A stretch of 64,000 nucleotides of DNA from NCBI GenBank assembly GCA_964016885.1, contig OZ024742.1, positions 300,080,001 to 300,144,000 of the forward strand. Direction: 5' to 3'. The number at the start of each line of letters is the position of its first letter. The stretch's first letter is position 1. The translations under genes and the position numbers were made by a program. The DNA is from Eledone cirrhosa (Eukaryota). Shown piece by piece: positions 13,001-26,815 of this stretch. The notes under the pieces were generated by a model that did not search any database, was not told the origin of the DNA, and saw only the letters and a list, made by a program, of their open reading frames with translations.

Positions 13001-16000
13001 TCTACAATGTCTTACATTAACACTGTCTCACACTCTACAATGTCTTACATTAACACTGTGTCACACTCTACAATGTCTTACATTAACACAGTGTCACACT
13101 CTACAATATCTTACATTAACACTGTCTCACACTCTACAATGTCTTACATTAACACTATGTCACACTCTACAATGTCTTACATTAACACAGTGTCACACTC
13201 TACAATGTCTTACATTAACACTGTGTCACGCTCTACAATGTCTTACATTAACACAGTCTCACACTCTACAATGTCTTACATTAACACTGTCTCACACTCT
13301 ACAATGTCTTACATTAACACTGTCTCACACTCTACAATGTCTTACATTAACACTGTCTCACACTCTACAATGTCTTACATTAACACAGTGTCACACTCTA
13401 CAATGTCTTACATTAACACTGTCTCACACTCTACAATGTCTTACATTAACACGATGTCACACTCTACAATGTCTTACATTAACACAGTGTCACACTCTAC
13501 AATGTATTACATTAACACTGTCACACTCTACAATATCTTACATTAACACTGTCTCACACTCTACAATGTCTTACATTAACACTGTGTCACACTCTACAAT
13601 GTCTTACATTAACACAGTGTCACACTCTACAATATCTTACATTAACACTGTGTCACACTCTACAATGTCTTACATTAACACTGTGTCACACTCTACAATG
13701 TCTTACATTAACACTGTCTCACACTCTACAATGTCTTACATTAACACAGTGTCACACTCTACAATGTCTTACATTAACACTGTGTCACACTCTACAATGT
13801 CTTACATTAACACTGTCTCACACTCTACAATGTCTTACATTAACACAGTCTCACACTCTACAATGTCTTACATTAACACTGTCTCTCACTCTACAATGTC
13901 TTACATTAACACTGTGTCACACTCTACAATGTCTTACATTAACACAGTGTCACACTCTACAATATCTTACATTAACACTGTCTCACACTCTACAATGTCT
14001 TACATTAACACTATGTCACACTCTACAATGTCTTACATTAACACAGTGTCACACTCTACAATGTCTTACATTAACACTGTGTCACGCTCTACAATGTCTT
14101 ACATTAACACAGTCTCACACTCTACAATGTCTTACATTAACACTGTGTCACACTCTACAATGTCTTACATTAACACAGACTCACACTCTACAATGTCTTA
14201 CATCAACACAGTGTCACACTCTACAATGTCTAACATTAACACTGTGTCACACTCTACAATGTCTTACATTAACACAGTCTCACACTCTACGATGTCTTAC
14301 ATTAACACAGTCTCACACTCTACAATGTCTTACATTAACACTGTGTCACACTCTACAATGTCTTACATTAACACTGTCTCACACTCTACAATGTCTTACA
14401 TTAACACTGTGTCACACTCTACAATGTCTTACATTAACACTGTGTCACACTCTACAATGTCTTACATTAACACTGTCTCACACTCTACAATATCTTACAT
14501 TAACACTGTGTCACACTCTACAATGTCTTACATTAACACTGTGTCACACTCTACAATATCTTACATTAACACAGTGTCACACTCTACAATATCTTACATT
14601 AACACTGTGTCACACTCTACAATGTCTTACATTAACACAGTGTCACACTCTACAATATCTTACTTTAAGACTGTGTCACACTCTACAATGTCTTACATTA
14701 ACACTGTGTCACACTCTACAATATCTTACATTAACACAGTGTCACACTCTACAATGTCTTACATTAACACAGTGTCACACTCTACAATGTCTTACGTTAA
14801 CACTGTCTCACACTCTACAATGTCTTACATTAACACTATATCACACTCTACAATGTCTTACATTAACACTGTCTCACACTCTACTATGTCTTACATTAAC
14901 ACTGTGTCACACTCTACAATGTCTTACATTAACACTGTCTCACACTCTACAATGTCTTACATTAACACTGTGTCACACTCTACAATGTCTTACATTAACA
15001 CTGTGTCACACTCTACAATGTCTTACATTAACACTGTGTCACACTCTACAATGTCTTACATTAACACAGTGTCACACTCTACAATATCTTACATTAACAC
15101 TGTGTCACACTCTACAATGTCTTACATTAACACAGTGTCACACTCTACAATGTCTTACATTAACACTGTCTCACACTCTACAATGTCTTACATTAACACT
15201 ATGTCACACTCTACAATGTCTTACATTAACACAGTGTCACACTCTACAATGTCTTACATTAACACTGTCTCACTCTCTACAATGTCTTACATTAACACAG
15301 TGTCACACTCTACAATGTCTTACATTAACACTGTGTCACACTCTACAATGTCTTACATTAACACTGTGTCACACTCTACAATGTCTTACATTAACACTAT
15401 GTCACACTCTACAATGTCTTACATTAACACAGTGTCACACTCTACAATGTCTTACATTAACACTGTGTCACACTCTACAATGTCTTACATTAACACTGTG
15501 TCACACTCTACAATATCTTACATTAACACTGTCTCACACTCTACAATGTCCTACATTAACACAGTGTCACACTCTACAATGTCTTACATTAACACTGTCT
15601 CACACTCTACAATGTCTTACATTAACACTATGTCACACTCTACAATGTCTTACATTAACACAGTGTCACACTCTACAATGTCTTACATTAACACTGTCTC
15701 ATACTCTACAATGTCTTACATTAACACTATGTCACACTCTACAATGTCTTCCATTAACACAGTGTCACACTCTACAATGTCTTACATTAACACTGTGTCA
15801 CACTCTACAATGTCTTACATTAACACAGTGTCACACTCTACAATGTCTTACATTAACACTGTCTCACACTCTACAATGTCTTACATTAACACTGTGTCAC
15901 ACTCTACAATGTCTTACATTAACACTGTGTCACACTCTACAATGTCTTACATTAACACTGTGTCACACTCTACAATGTCTTACATTAACACTGTGTCACA

Positions 16001-16010
16001 CTCTACACTG
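10070..16010. repeat. 33-bp tandem satellite, ~180 copies
   Basis: Unit TCACACTCTACAATGTCTTACATTAACACTGTG with a few recurring variant positions. It explains the [11 protein letters not shown] repeat ORFs. Confidence 0.98.
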
Positions 16011-16272
16011 TTTCACCTCACAAATCAATGTACACAGTAACTCCTAAATGTATATTTCTCATCCCATAACCTCAAACCAAAGTGTATATTCATCATTCAA
16101 GTCAATGATATTGATCTTTTTACGCTTGAGCACCCCCCCCCCCCCGCCACCCTGTCTACTAGTACTACCACTTCTATTGATGCTGCTGCTGCTACTACTA
16201 CTACTACTACTACTACGTCGACGTTTCCTCCTCCACCAATCACTATTTCTTCTCATTAGTATTATTATCATT

Positions 16273-16645
16273 AGGGCAGTGGATTGGCAGAATCGGTAGA
16301 GCGTCGAACACCATGCTTTACAGCATGGAGTTATGGCCCTTTACGTTCTGAATTCAAATCCCGCTGAGGTTAGCTTTACCTTTCGTCTTTACGCTTTCGA
16401 TAAAGTAAATCACCAGTAATGCACTGGAGTGGATTTAATCGACTTTTCCCACTCCCAAATTGCTTGCCTTGTGCCTATAGTAGAAATCATTATCATTTGC
16501 AGCGTGGAGTTACGTCCCTTTACGGTCAGAGTTCAAATCCCGTCGAGGTTAACTTTGCCTTTCATCCTTTCGGGGTCGATAAAATAAAGTACCAGTAATG
16601 TACTGGGTAATTGCTGGCCTTGTGCCAAAAGTAGAAACAATTATT
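16273..16645 (+). mobile_element. Two tandem copies of the dominant SINE (long and short tail forms)
   Basis: Full head GGCAGTGGATTGGCAG, core, and tail TAGAAACAATTATTA. Other copies at ~4225-4430, 19900-20095, 29385-29560, 33500-33625, 42130-42320(-), 46350-46490, 48750-48920(-), 51120-51338(-), 53765-54045, 55260-55452(-) and 57685-57780. Confidence 0.88.
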
Positions 16646-16685
16646 ATCATTGTTCCAACTAATGCCATATTTCTTCTCATTACAG

Positions 16686-16741
16686 ATGAACGTATCGTTA
16701 AAACATACAACAGCGACTCTCCTATTCTGAAGTCTGAATAA
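16686..16741 (+). pseudogene. TEP pseudogene terminal exon
   Basis: ttacag acceptor. Reads (D)ERIVKTYNSDSPILKSE*, like the ExxxxxxY(N) end that follows DYYEP in TEPs. Poly(A) signals lie downstream. Confidence 0.6.
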
Positions 16742-18390
16742 TATTCCTATTTTAAATCAAATTGTATATTAAATAAAATGAATTAATAAAATAAATTTTA
16801 CATAGTTGTCCTCATGTTGTCTTTTGTTGTTTTGAGTGTATTTTTGAGCCCGGGTGGAGGCGACCGTGTGTTTTGATATAAAATTCCACCTCTCTCTACA
16901 AGGAGTTACAACTGGCTAAAAGTAACAGTAATGAGAAGACCAATGGAAACAAAGGCTGACGATCGGCTACTTTCCATATCTTTTTCTCTACATCCAACGT
17001 CATGTACCCTATCGTGGGAGTACAATATTCCTCCTGGACAGGACGACAGTCCATTGCAGGGTTAAGCCCCCAGCTACTGCTGGTACTCATTTTCAGCTGA
17101 GTATAATGGAGCAACGTGGAAGTGTTTTGCTTAAGAACACAACACACAACCCAGTCCGGGAATTGAACCTACGACATGATGATCGTAAGTTTGAGACCGT
17201 AAGTTTCACTTATTATCAATAATAAGTGTATAGGAACAGCAACTGTCATGATCCGATAGAATTTAGGTTTTCTGCTTTTGTTGTGGTCCCCAGCAGAGCC
17301 TACAGAGCGCTTGATCAGTGAATCGCAATTAAATATTCGGATGACCTGTCATAGGTTTGCCCAGTCAAGGTTGACTAGGGCTACACAATAATAAGAGCAA
17401 CATTTAATATTTAAGTTAACTTTAACATAAATAGATTTCTTAGAAATTAGTTTTGTAAAATATCCCGTTGATGCAGGAAGATCCAAAGTGACACAGTGCA
17501 TGACAAGGCTGACCCATTGACTTGCAAGTACAGTTTATCCGACGGGATTCCAAACGGTTTCCATCTACCCAATTTCACCCACAAGCCTTGTTGACCCATG
17601 TTTATTGTAAATAACAATTGCCCAAGATACCACATAGTGGGGGCGAACCAGGACCTTATGGCTTAGAAGCGAACCTCTTGATTATTCAACCTTGCTGAGT
17701 CTACAGAGAAGTGTATGATCCATTTGTCTATCATAGTTTATGACAGTTATTTTATTTTTACTGTTAAGTCAGGGAGGAAATGGCCGTGGCCATGACCTCT
17801 CGTATGGGCCTCCGAAACAGGGAGAGAAAGAGTTATCCTCAAACTGTACATCTGGCCTGAATGCAGGAATGTAATACATGAAATAAATCCGCTGAATCAG
17901 ACCAAATATTTTCTTTTCTTATTTTGAGATCTATGGTTAATGATACCCGAAGACAGCTACCTAATGTGAACTCTGGTGAAGGTACCCATGCACTAGATGG
18001 AGGTGATAAACTTGGAAAGAGATTTTGCATACCACCAAAGATAGGCGGATATTTTAAAATGTAATCAATTTAGTCTAGTACAAATCCACTGATAACGAAA
18101 GTATTGAATACATATCAGTATTTTCACCATTCTTCATTCCTGTAACATAGATGCAGATATGACCGAATAATTATGAAATTCGCTTCGTAAAAAGGAGGTC
18201 TCTGATTCGACCCCAGACTGAAGCAACTTTGGCAGATTTCTTCTATGAAGGTCTTGATTCGATATAAATCATGTGAGTGAAATTGGATAGAAGGAAACGG
18301 TTTGGAAGCCCGTCAGATGGAATTGATCTGTAATTCAAAAGGCCTTAGCACAAAATGTGTCACGCTGAATTTCTATGAGAAATACCTTAA

Positions 18391-18597
18391 CTCTTTAGCA
18401 TTTAAACCGGTCATATCCGGCCAGAATTCTCTCCCTCTTTCTGTTCAAACCAGCTGTAACTGGCCACTCATACTGATGTTAAGGTATTGTTTTCAAAATA
18501 AATAATATTCGAATCTCATAGATTCGATATTATGTGAGGTAATGCCTTTACCAGAAAAATATAATAATAAATATAGAGTAGTGTAAAAGCTAAAGGG
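18391..18597. mobile_element. piggyBac-type MITE nested in a SINE
   Basis: Same family as 261-468 with TTAA on both sides. It interrupts a SINE at the TTAA that is uninterrupted in the copy near 20915. Confidence 0.85.
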
Positions 18598-18975
18598 TTA
18601 AGGGTATACGTATCTGTAAAATATTCAGCCTCTTGCAAGTTAATTTCATAAGCAGGCTATTCCGTTGATCGGACAACTAAAACACGAATCGATGTGGGGG
18701 GGGGGGGTCTGTAGGACAAACCTATAGATTTTACCTATCACTACAACAGTAACTAAAAATTACTTACCGTATCTTTTCTTCGGATTAGAAGATTCTATGG
18801 GGTATAAAACGCACCTGGTTTTGACGGGGAATGTTGGAGAATAAAGGTTACAAGGGAGATAATATACTGATATTCACTTATTAATGGATTAGTCTATAAA
18901 CATCCTGATACTAACAGAAACAAATTCGTACTGATCACATACGTGAGTGTGTGTCTGTGAAACATATACACATAC

Positions 18976-19622
18976 AAAAGGTCCGAACACAAAAGAACCA
19001 AACTCCCATTGTCAGGCTATGGTAGTATTTAAAAGAGATTATCGAGGCTTTAGACTGGATGCAAAGTGAACTCCTTCAACAGTCAGCCATGCCTGTACGT
19101 ATATAGTATATTAGAGTATTACAAAATATTTCACAAAATTCAATGAGTATTAGTTTCTATATAATTCAACCAATATCAATTTACATCGATAATCTATAAT
19201 TAAATTTAAAGAATACTTTCAATGTTGATCCACTCAGAAAAAATATTTTTTGTAATTATTGTAGAATTTATGAACGATTGGGAAAATATTTTAAGAGATT
19301 TTACAGGGGAGATTACTTAAAATCCACAGCACACTAATCATGTGTGAGTTATGTCCCTTGAATACTGTAAAAATGTTTATAACACATTTGTTAATAATTT
19401 GTTATACATAAACTTTGTGATTAAATTTACTTGAGCAAGTGCAATGAGATGTAGTGGTATCCATGCTTCTTTTAAGTTTGTTATTAATGTATAGGGAGTA
19501 TAACGGCTATAAACATTTATGAAATGCATTACAGAGTCGGCTCGCTCACTTAAGTTACCTTCTAACGACGAGTATTCCAACAAGCTAATCGTGAAATGTA
19601 CGTGCAAGTCGTTGCGCATTCC
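18976..19622 (-). pseudogene. Possible class B / adhesion GPCR exon remnants (TM2-TM4)
   Basis: MRNDLHVHFTISLL (from 19619) resembles RNxIHxNLxxSL. After a tacag acceptor, AWLTVEGVHF (from 19092) resembles WMLxEGxHL, followed by a stop/frameshift and KYYHSL. The pieces are in the correct order on the minus strand. Confidence 0.4.
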
Positions 19623-20149
19623 TTGACATGTGTTTCCTTGTCACATGTGTGACAAGGCTAGCCTTTTGAATTGCAGATATAAATCATTTTGCCAGCTTAA
19701 TGGAGTGGAGTAACCTGAAATAAAGTGTCTTGCTCAAGGACATAACACTCCGCCAGGAATCGAAGACACGACTTTACGTTCGTTAGCCAAACACTCTAAC
19801 AACTAAACCATGTACCTTCACTACTTTCTAGCTATAACGCTGTATTCAACATAATAAACTAAGCACATGGCTGCAATAATAATTTGGTGGAATGTTAGAA
19901 CGTAGGACAAAATGCGTTGTAGTAGTTACTCATAGCCCTTTAAGTTTTGTCTTCAAATCCTACCCAGGTTAACTTTAAATTTCATCTTCCGCGATCGATA
20001 AAATAAAGTACCACTAGAATATTGGGTGGATATAATCAACTTTCTACAACACCTCCCCAAAATTACTGATCTTATGTCTAAAGTAGAAACTACCATCACT
20101 ACTACTACAAGGAAAACGTAAGATAGAGTTATTTGGTTTACGTTCTTGT

Positions 20150-20522
20150 CATCATTGGCAGCCCGCCTTTATGAGGTGTCAATGATGCCATGAAAGTGCT
20201 TGGTTGTTTCAGCGCCTTAGCCTCGCCATCACCCATGGTAATGCTGCGAGTTTATTGGTTTGCTTCAAAATATTCCGTTGACCCTTGTGATGTGCGGCAG
20301 ATTGCCGCACTTTGGGAACTGATGGTCGTTTTTGTTTTTGTTTCCTTTTTTTTTTCTTTCTCTCCCTCTGATCATATATTTTGGTGCGTTATATTTATGA
20401 GGTTCCTAGGAATAGTTAATTGTGTATATTATATGTGTTTATATTTTCATTGTGAAAGAATTGTGAGCAATTTGTAATGTTATTTATACAACTGAATAAA
20501 TGACTTTAAGCTAAAATAAAAA
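20150..20522 (+). mobile_element. CRE-like non-LTR element 3' end
   Basis: WLFQRLSLAITHGNAASLL, a T-rich UTR and an A-rich tail. The same motif type occurs near 31800. Confidence 0.7.
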
Positions 20523-21199
20523 ATTACGTTCATCACATTGAAATTTGAACCCAGAAATATGGATTATTAAACTAAATACCATAACTCATCTGGCTGATTC
20601 ATCCTGGGAGTATGTATATCCGAGTAGTTAGGGTAAGGTCAACCGAGAAATGGGTGGTTGGTATTTTGTCTCCAATTAGATATTTAACTCTTAAATGACA
20701 TCATATTTGGCTGTAAATATATACCACACGCTGATAGTAATTTTTCATAGTAGCAGCGTACGCAGCATGGCTGAATTGCTAAGTTTCATCCTGTTGCAGA
20801 AAGAGCTGGTCGACCTGTAGGCGAAAACTGTTTAGAAGCCCGTTGGATATACTGCACCTGTAATTCAAATTACCAGTCTAGTTACACAGTGTCACGATGA
20901 ATTTCCCTGAGAATTATGTTAAGAGTACACGTGTCTGTGGAATACACAGTGAACTCACACCTTAATTTCAGCTGACCTCCTCCGTAAAATCAGTAAATTA
21001 TAAATGTAAAAGCACATTTAATACTTACTTTTTTTAAAGGAAGTTATTTACATAATCCAACGATTTTCGTTCTCCCGTTATAAAGGGATTAACAAATGCT
21101 AACAATTAAATTGACCTCTGTTGTCGCCAAAAACATTATTCACCTCTAGGGGTCTAAATGGACCTCTATAAGAAGCCCTGAAACATGAACAGAACAAAG

Positions 21200-22780
21200 A
21201 TTTGTTTTCTGTCTTCAAGGCAGCCAACAAATTCAAAATGGAAACTCAATTGACAGATGATTATGAAAAAAATGGAAACAAAGCAGTAACAGCAGCAGAA
21301 TCAGCGAAAAAGATAAAATCCAAATTAAAAACAGATTTCCAGAATGCTATGCTAAAACGAAGGCAGGAAAACCCCCTATAGTGAGAAAGTGGACAAGCAA
21401 AATTTATAAAACTAATTCAATACTGGAACAAAAGCCGAGACTGAAGGATTGCCAATTGCAGCACAAGATCAAAGCCATCTCACCAGAAACCACCAAAACT
21501 ACATATTTAGGTACAAACTACATATTTAGGTACAAAATGCGCCAAAATACTTTTATTTGTCTAAAGTGCACTGCGAGTAAAATAAATGTTTGGAAAGCAG
21601 AGTCTTAAGTCATCTTTTCAAGTATTACATTGATAACCTACATACTCTATGTAGAAGCGTTTTTATCAAAACAACACTTGACATCTGAGTAATCAAGTTC
21701 AAATGTCAAATTGTCTACTAGAAAAAGAAAAGGGAAAAATAAGGCCTTATCACCAGAAGCGAAATGACATTGACTTTTAGACTACTGAGGGACAGAAGTG
21801 TTTTCCCTGTTCAGTTAATGTAACACTAACGGACTACTGACTACTGAGAGCCAGAGGTATGTTTTCCCTGCTCAGTTAAGGTAACACTAACTAACAAACT
21901 TCAGACTGCTGAAGGCCAGAGGTATGTTTTCTCTGCTCAGTTAAGGTAGCACTAACTAACAGACTACTGACTGCTGATGGCCAGAAAACGAAAATGAAGA
22001 AAAGGAAGAAACAACATTGATCATCAAACGATTGAGAGATCTGTTTAATGATCCTGGACGCAATAAGACGCAACTGAATCTTCAGAATATAGAGTGACGT
22101 CGTTTAGCAACTGAAACAGCCGAAGTAAACAATGCAATGCTGTACATAGAAACCAATGGTATCACCGACCTGAGGAAGTTAATTAGCACTGTAGGGTTTT
22201 TGGTGGATGAGCGATTAGGTATTAAACAGACAGAAAGGAAATAAATGTAAGGACCCTTGGTGGAAGATAAGATTGGAAGGTGATATAGCTCAGCTCAGAA
22301 GAGATCTGGATAAAATAGATTCATGGCATAGAGAAAAATGGAAGAAGGCCAAAGTAAGGGAGAAATGATGCATGGACATGAGGTATAGAATGTAGTTGAA
22401 ATGTTTGAATATAGTGTTGGAAGAAGTGAAGCAGTGATTTAATCGGGTTAGGTGATATACAAATAGACAAAAACAATACAAACAGTGATTTAATCGGGTT
22501 AGGTGACATACAAATAGACAAAAACAATACAAACAGAACAGATTGTTCTTTACAAATCAGAAAATGTTCTTTAGAATACTGTCAGGGGGAAGTGGGGAGA
22601 CGTTGCACCTAATCCATACAATTTTGTTCAAATCTATGGGGAATTGTACAAGAGCATAACAAAGATGTGAGATGGATAAATGAAAATGAGCATAAGTTAC
22701 CTAATGAACCAAAACAGAGATGGGAAAATAATTTCAAAAGAAGACGTTCAAGTAAAGGCCAAACTGGAAATCTCCTGAAC
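21200..22780 (+). mobile_element. Degenerate R4/NeSL-type non-LTR element N-terminal region
   Basis: PWWKIRLEGDIAQLRRDL and QYKQNRLFFTNQKMF motifs with many stops. Internal ~60-bp tandem repeats at 21780-21985 and a ~52-bp duplication at ~22432-22540. Confidence 0.65.
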
Positions 22781-22829
22781 TAATGGGTGTTCTGCAGTTT
22801 TCTAAATTTTATGTAGCTTGCTTTGGGAA

Positions 22830-23125
22830 AGCGCGTGGCTTAAATGTTAAGGTGTTGGGATCACGATCATAAAGGCGTGAGTTCAATTCCTGAACTGGGC
22901 GGTGTATTGTATCTTTGAGAAAAACACATTATTTCACGCTGATACAGTCGAGTCAGCTGAAACAAAAAGATGAGTTGAACCTGCAATTCAAAGAGTCAGC
23001 TTTGTTGTAGACTCTGTCTCTAAGAATTACGTTAAGAAAATATGTATCCATGGAATGCTCAGCTACATGCTTGGTAATTTTACGAGCGGGATGATCTGTT
23101 GATTGAATAAATGGAACATTCTTCG
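22830..23125 (+). mobile_element. Second tRNA-derived SINE group (representative copy)
   Basis: tRNA-like head (GTGGCTTAAATG..GAGTTCAATTCC) and a CTTGAGCAAGACAC-type central block. Related copies at ~480-745, 3270-3510(-), 16950-17190(-), 17455-17690(-), 18160-18690, 19650-19820(-), 20760-20970 and 45850-46050. These may be more than one family. Confidence 0.75.
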
Positions 23126-23143
23126 TCGAAACAGACAGGAGTT

Positions 23144-23272
<129 letters not shown>

Positions 23273-23762
23273 CATACGTTAAGACGGGCGTTCCGGAAAG
23301 TGAAAGTAAATTTTTTGACAACAGTGAATTTGTTTGTTTTGTTTTTTTTACAGTGAAAGTTACGATACACACGCAATTGTATGGATTTCTTAATATATAT
23401 ATATGTGTGGGTGTGTATATGTGTGTATATATATGTGTGTCTGTATGTATATATATATGTGTGTTTGTATATATATATATGTGTTTGTGTCATCATCATC
23501 GTTTAACGTCTATCAAAAGAAAAAATAATCACACACGCAATACTAATTAACACCATATCACTATAGAGACCTGTTGTAAATAAACAAACAAATTCAGTGT
23601 ACACACATATATACACACATATACACACCCACATATATATATTTATATTAAGAAATACATACAATTGCGTGTGTATCGTAACTTTCATTGTAAAAAAAAA
23701 AAAAAAAAATTCACTGTTGTCAAAAAATTTACTTTCACTTTCCGGAACGCCCGTCTTAACGT

Positions 23763-23837
<75 letters not shown>

Positions 23838-24741
23838 TAAAATAACAGATTAAAGTTTAATCGCTGCTTTCACCCTCAACGGGATCTTCTGAAACTAACA
23901 AAGTCAATCTGTAAACGCAGAAGTGGATATTTCAAAAAACGTTGCAACCGGAGGAAGACAGGAAGACGATACTTTGGTTCGTGGAAACGTTCCCTGGCAA
24001 AGAACGGGAAAAAACGAAGATAATACGTCATTAATAGGAGCGGTGAAAAACAATTACGCGCAAAGACAGAACCACGTTTATGGTATAAAAGAAGTCGTAG
24101 ACTAATGTTCTCTTAGGTGGTTCATAGAGACGTTCTCTGGCAATGAACGGAAAAAACGAAGATAATACGTCGTATGTGGAGCGTGGAGAACAATTGCACG
24201 CAAAGACAAAACCACGTAAATGGTATAGCTGAAGTCGTAGACTAAAATTCTAACTAGGAAACCGAATGAATCTCCGCTTCAGAGTTAAGAATAAAGTAAA
24301 TAAAATACAATACAGAGGTAATAAAAATTAAATAAATACATACACGCATGCAAATACGTACATACACAAGCATACGCGAAAACACTTGCCATAGGTATAC
24401 AAAACCACGCACATATAAATATGTGTGTGTGTGTGTGCGTGTATACAAATAAATAAATAATTAAATAAACCTATATAAATAAATAAATACGTATATAACA
24501 AGCGCACACACATACCTACATGTAAATACATAAATGTTCGGAGACATTAAGTCAACCAAAACATGAAGTACTCATACGTACACCCAACATACGTACGAAC
24601 CTGCATACTCACACAGACGCAAAACTCCCGTTCTTATACGGTTCTTATATATTTGATATATTTGATATATTCTTATATATTTGATATATATTTATCCTTA
24701 TCGAACCCTCTTTGGATTTTAGTCTTCAAATTTATTATTAT

Positions 24742-24835
<94 letters not shown>

Positions 24836-24901
24836 GTAAATATACACGGGTGTGTATGATTGTGTATAGAAGATTATATTAATAAGTTGGAATTCCTCTT
24901 A

Positions 24902-24943
<42 letters not shown>

Positions 24944-25213
24944 AATTTGCCACAGACGTAGAGGCAGTGATTTTCTCAATGGCTTGGAATTCAGTCCACG
25001 CTTCGCTATTTCCTATCCACTGAATTATTTTTTAATAAGTTTCCAGTGTCCTCGCTTTGCCTGGAAACTTACATGAGAATAGACTTTCCTGGCGACGGAA
25101 TGCTTCTCAATATTATTCTTCGGAAAATATATTTACTCCATTCCAGAAACTAATTAGTTGGAAGTGATATTTTAGTAAGTAAGTTAATTTTATAATTTTC
25201 TTATTTTACGTCT

Positions 25214-25270
<57 letters not shown>

Positions 25271-25682
25271 CGAAGGAGTTGTGGTAAAGAACCAGATGGA
25301 CCATAACACACCAGAGTACTCAATACTTAGAGTAGTAGAGTGCGTAATAGGAAAATGTATGACCCCGACGGCAGAGCTTAAGCCGTTTCGACGGCTATTT
25401 CTGGACAGAAATAGCAGTCGAAACGGCTTGAGCTTTGCCGTCAGGGTTATACATTTTCCTATATATATATAGAGAGAGAGAGAAGAGAGAGAGAGAGAAT
25501 GGAAAACAAAAAATCAGTGATGCATCGGAACTCAATTTATTGTGTGTTACAACTGTAACACACAATAAATTGAGTTCCGAGGCATCACTGATTTTTCGTT
25601 TTCCATTCTATAATACTCTTCTCCGTAGGAGCATAGAGTGCTCACCCGGCATACCGACTATGGAAGCATCTTAGCTACCATT

Positions 25683-25740
<58 letters not shown>

Positions 25741-25761
25741 TACATATATATATATATATAT

Positions 25762-25855
<94 letters not shown>

Positions 25856-25865
25856 CATATATCAT

Positions 25866-25915
<50 letters not shown>

Positions 25916-26107
25916 CATATATATATACATAAGTATGTATACAGACGTACGGTAGTATGTATATATATATATATACATACATGCACACATATATATATAT
26001 CACCAAACATTTATTATAATGCTCGGTGTGTTTGTAAACAAACATCCCGTATTAAGCCGTAGTGTCCAGCAACCACCGTTGCTCGTTTGTTCAACACTGA
26101 CAAAGGA

Positions 26108-26150
26108 ACGCTGTACTAGTTTCAAGCTTGTTAGCTATCGTCAGCAACGT
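26108..26150 (-). ncRNA. Minimal hammerhead ribozyme motif
   Basis: acgttg CTGACGA tagc-taacaa-gctt GAAAC TA GTA cagcgt. It has a 6-bp stem I and an ACTAGT palindrome. Confidence 0.78.
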
Positions 26151-26561
26151 ATACCTTCCTGCCAGATAGTTGAACGTCCGAAAGTATATACTTTCCTTAT
26201 GCATAATAACGGCTGAGTAGCCCAATTTGCATATCGTGTGGGTTAATCGGCCGAGTGCACCGAAAACGATAAACGGAAAAAATGAAACGAAATTTCATTA
26301 CCCACACTTAGCATGGCTGTTACTTACATATAAGTATGTACACGTACATACATATATGTATACAGACGTACAGTAGTATGTATATATATATATACATACG
26401 ATATGCAAATTGGGCTACTCAGCCGTTAATATGCATAAGTATATATATAGATATATCATACATATATATATTACTGGTTCCTATTACCCACTCTACTACC
26501 CCAAGTATTGAGTACTTTGGTGCGTTATGGTCCACCTGGTTCCTTACCACATTTCCTTCGT

Positions 26562-26669
<108 letters not shown>

Positions 26670-26765
26670 ATTAGTTACAACAGTGACTTATACAGGTACT
26701 TACTTAAGATACGTTGTGTTATACACCCCAAGTCATTCAGCCTGTTATATATCTTTGTTTATATA

Positions 26766-26815
26766 ACAGGCTGAATGAGTTAGGGTATATAACCCTACGA
26801 AACTTAAGTACTTGT
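26766..26815 (+). ncRNA. Hammerhead motif with one extra core nucleotide
   Basis: acagg CTGAATGA g-ttagggt-atata-accctac GAAAC TTAA GTA cttgt. Confidence 0.65.

Larger units (their letters stand above)
2545..16790 (+). pseudogene. CD109/alpha-2-macroglobulin-family thioester protein (TEP) pseudogene, heavily deleted
   Basis: Collinear family motifs in exon-like pieces with stops and frameshifts (listed separately). Weaker upstream matches at ~2547-2620 (AGMTIPVV..QLNDLI*) and ~2856-2930 (LARDNKITFEL / FEM..LYY). AATAAA at 16772 and 16785 follows the last exon. The left boundary is uncertain. Confidence 0.8.

Noticed and set aside
10070-16010. CRISPR-like array
   Set aside because: Head-to-tail repeats with no unique spacers and no cas genes, in a eukaryotic context.
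10032-16040. Long ORFs of [11 protein letters not shown] repeats (up to 824 aa) as a mucin-like protein
   Set aside because: A 33-bp unit without a stop in one frame makes this automatic. TGA variants and 2-bp deletions break the frame. The two commonest variants are synonymous, but rare variants are mostly non-synonymous, so there is no convincing coding signal.
22830-22905. Functional tRNA genes at SINE heads
   Set aside because: Only degenerate A/B-box-like sequence, continuing into SINE bodies, with no complete cloverleaf.
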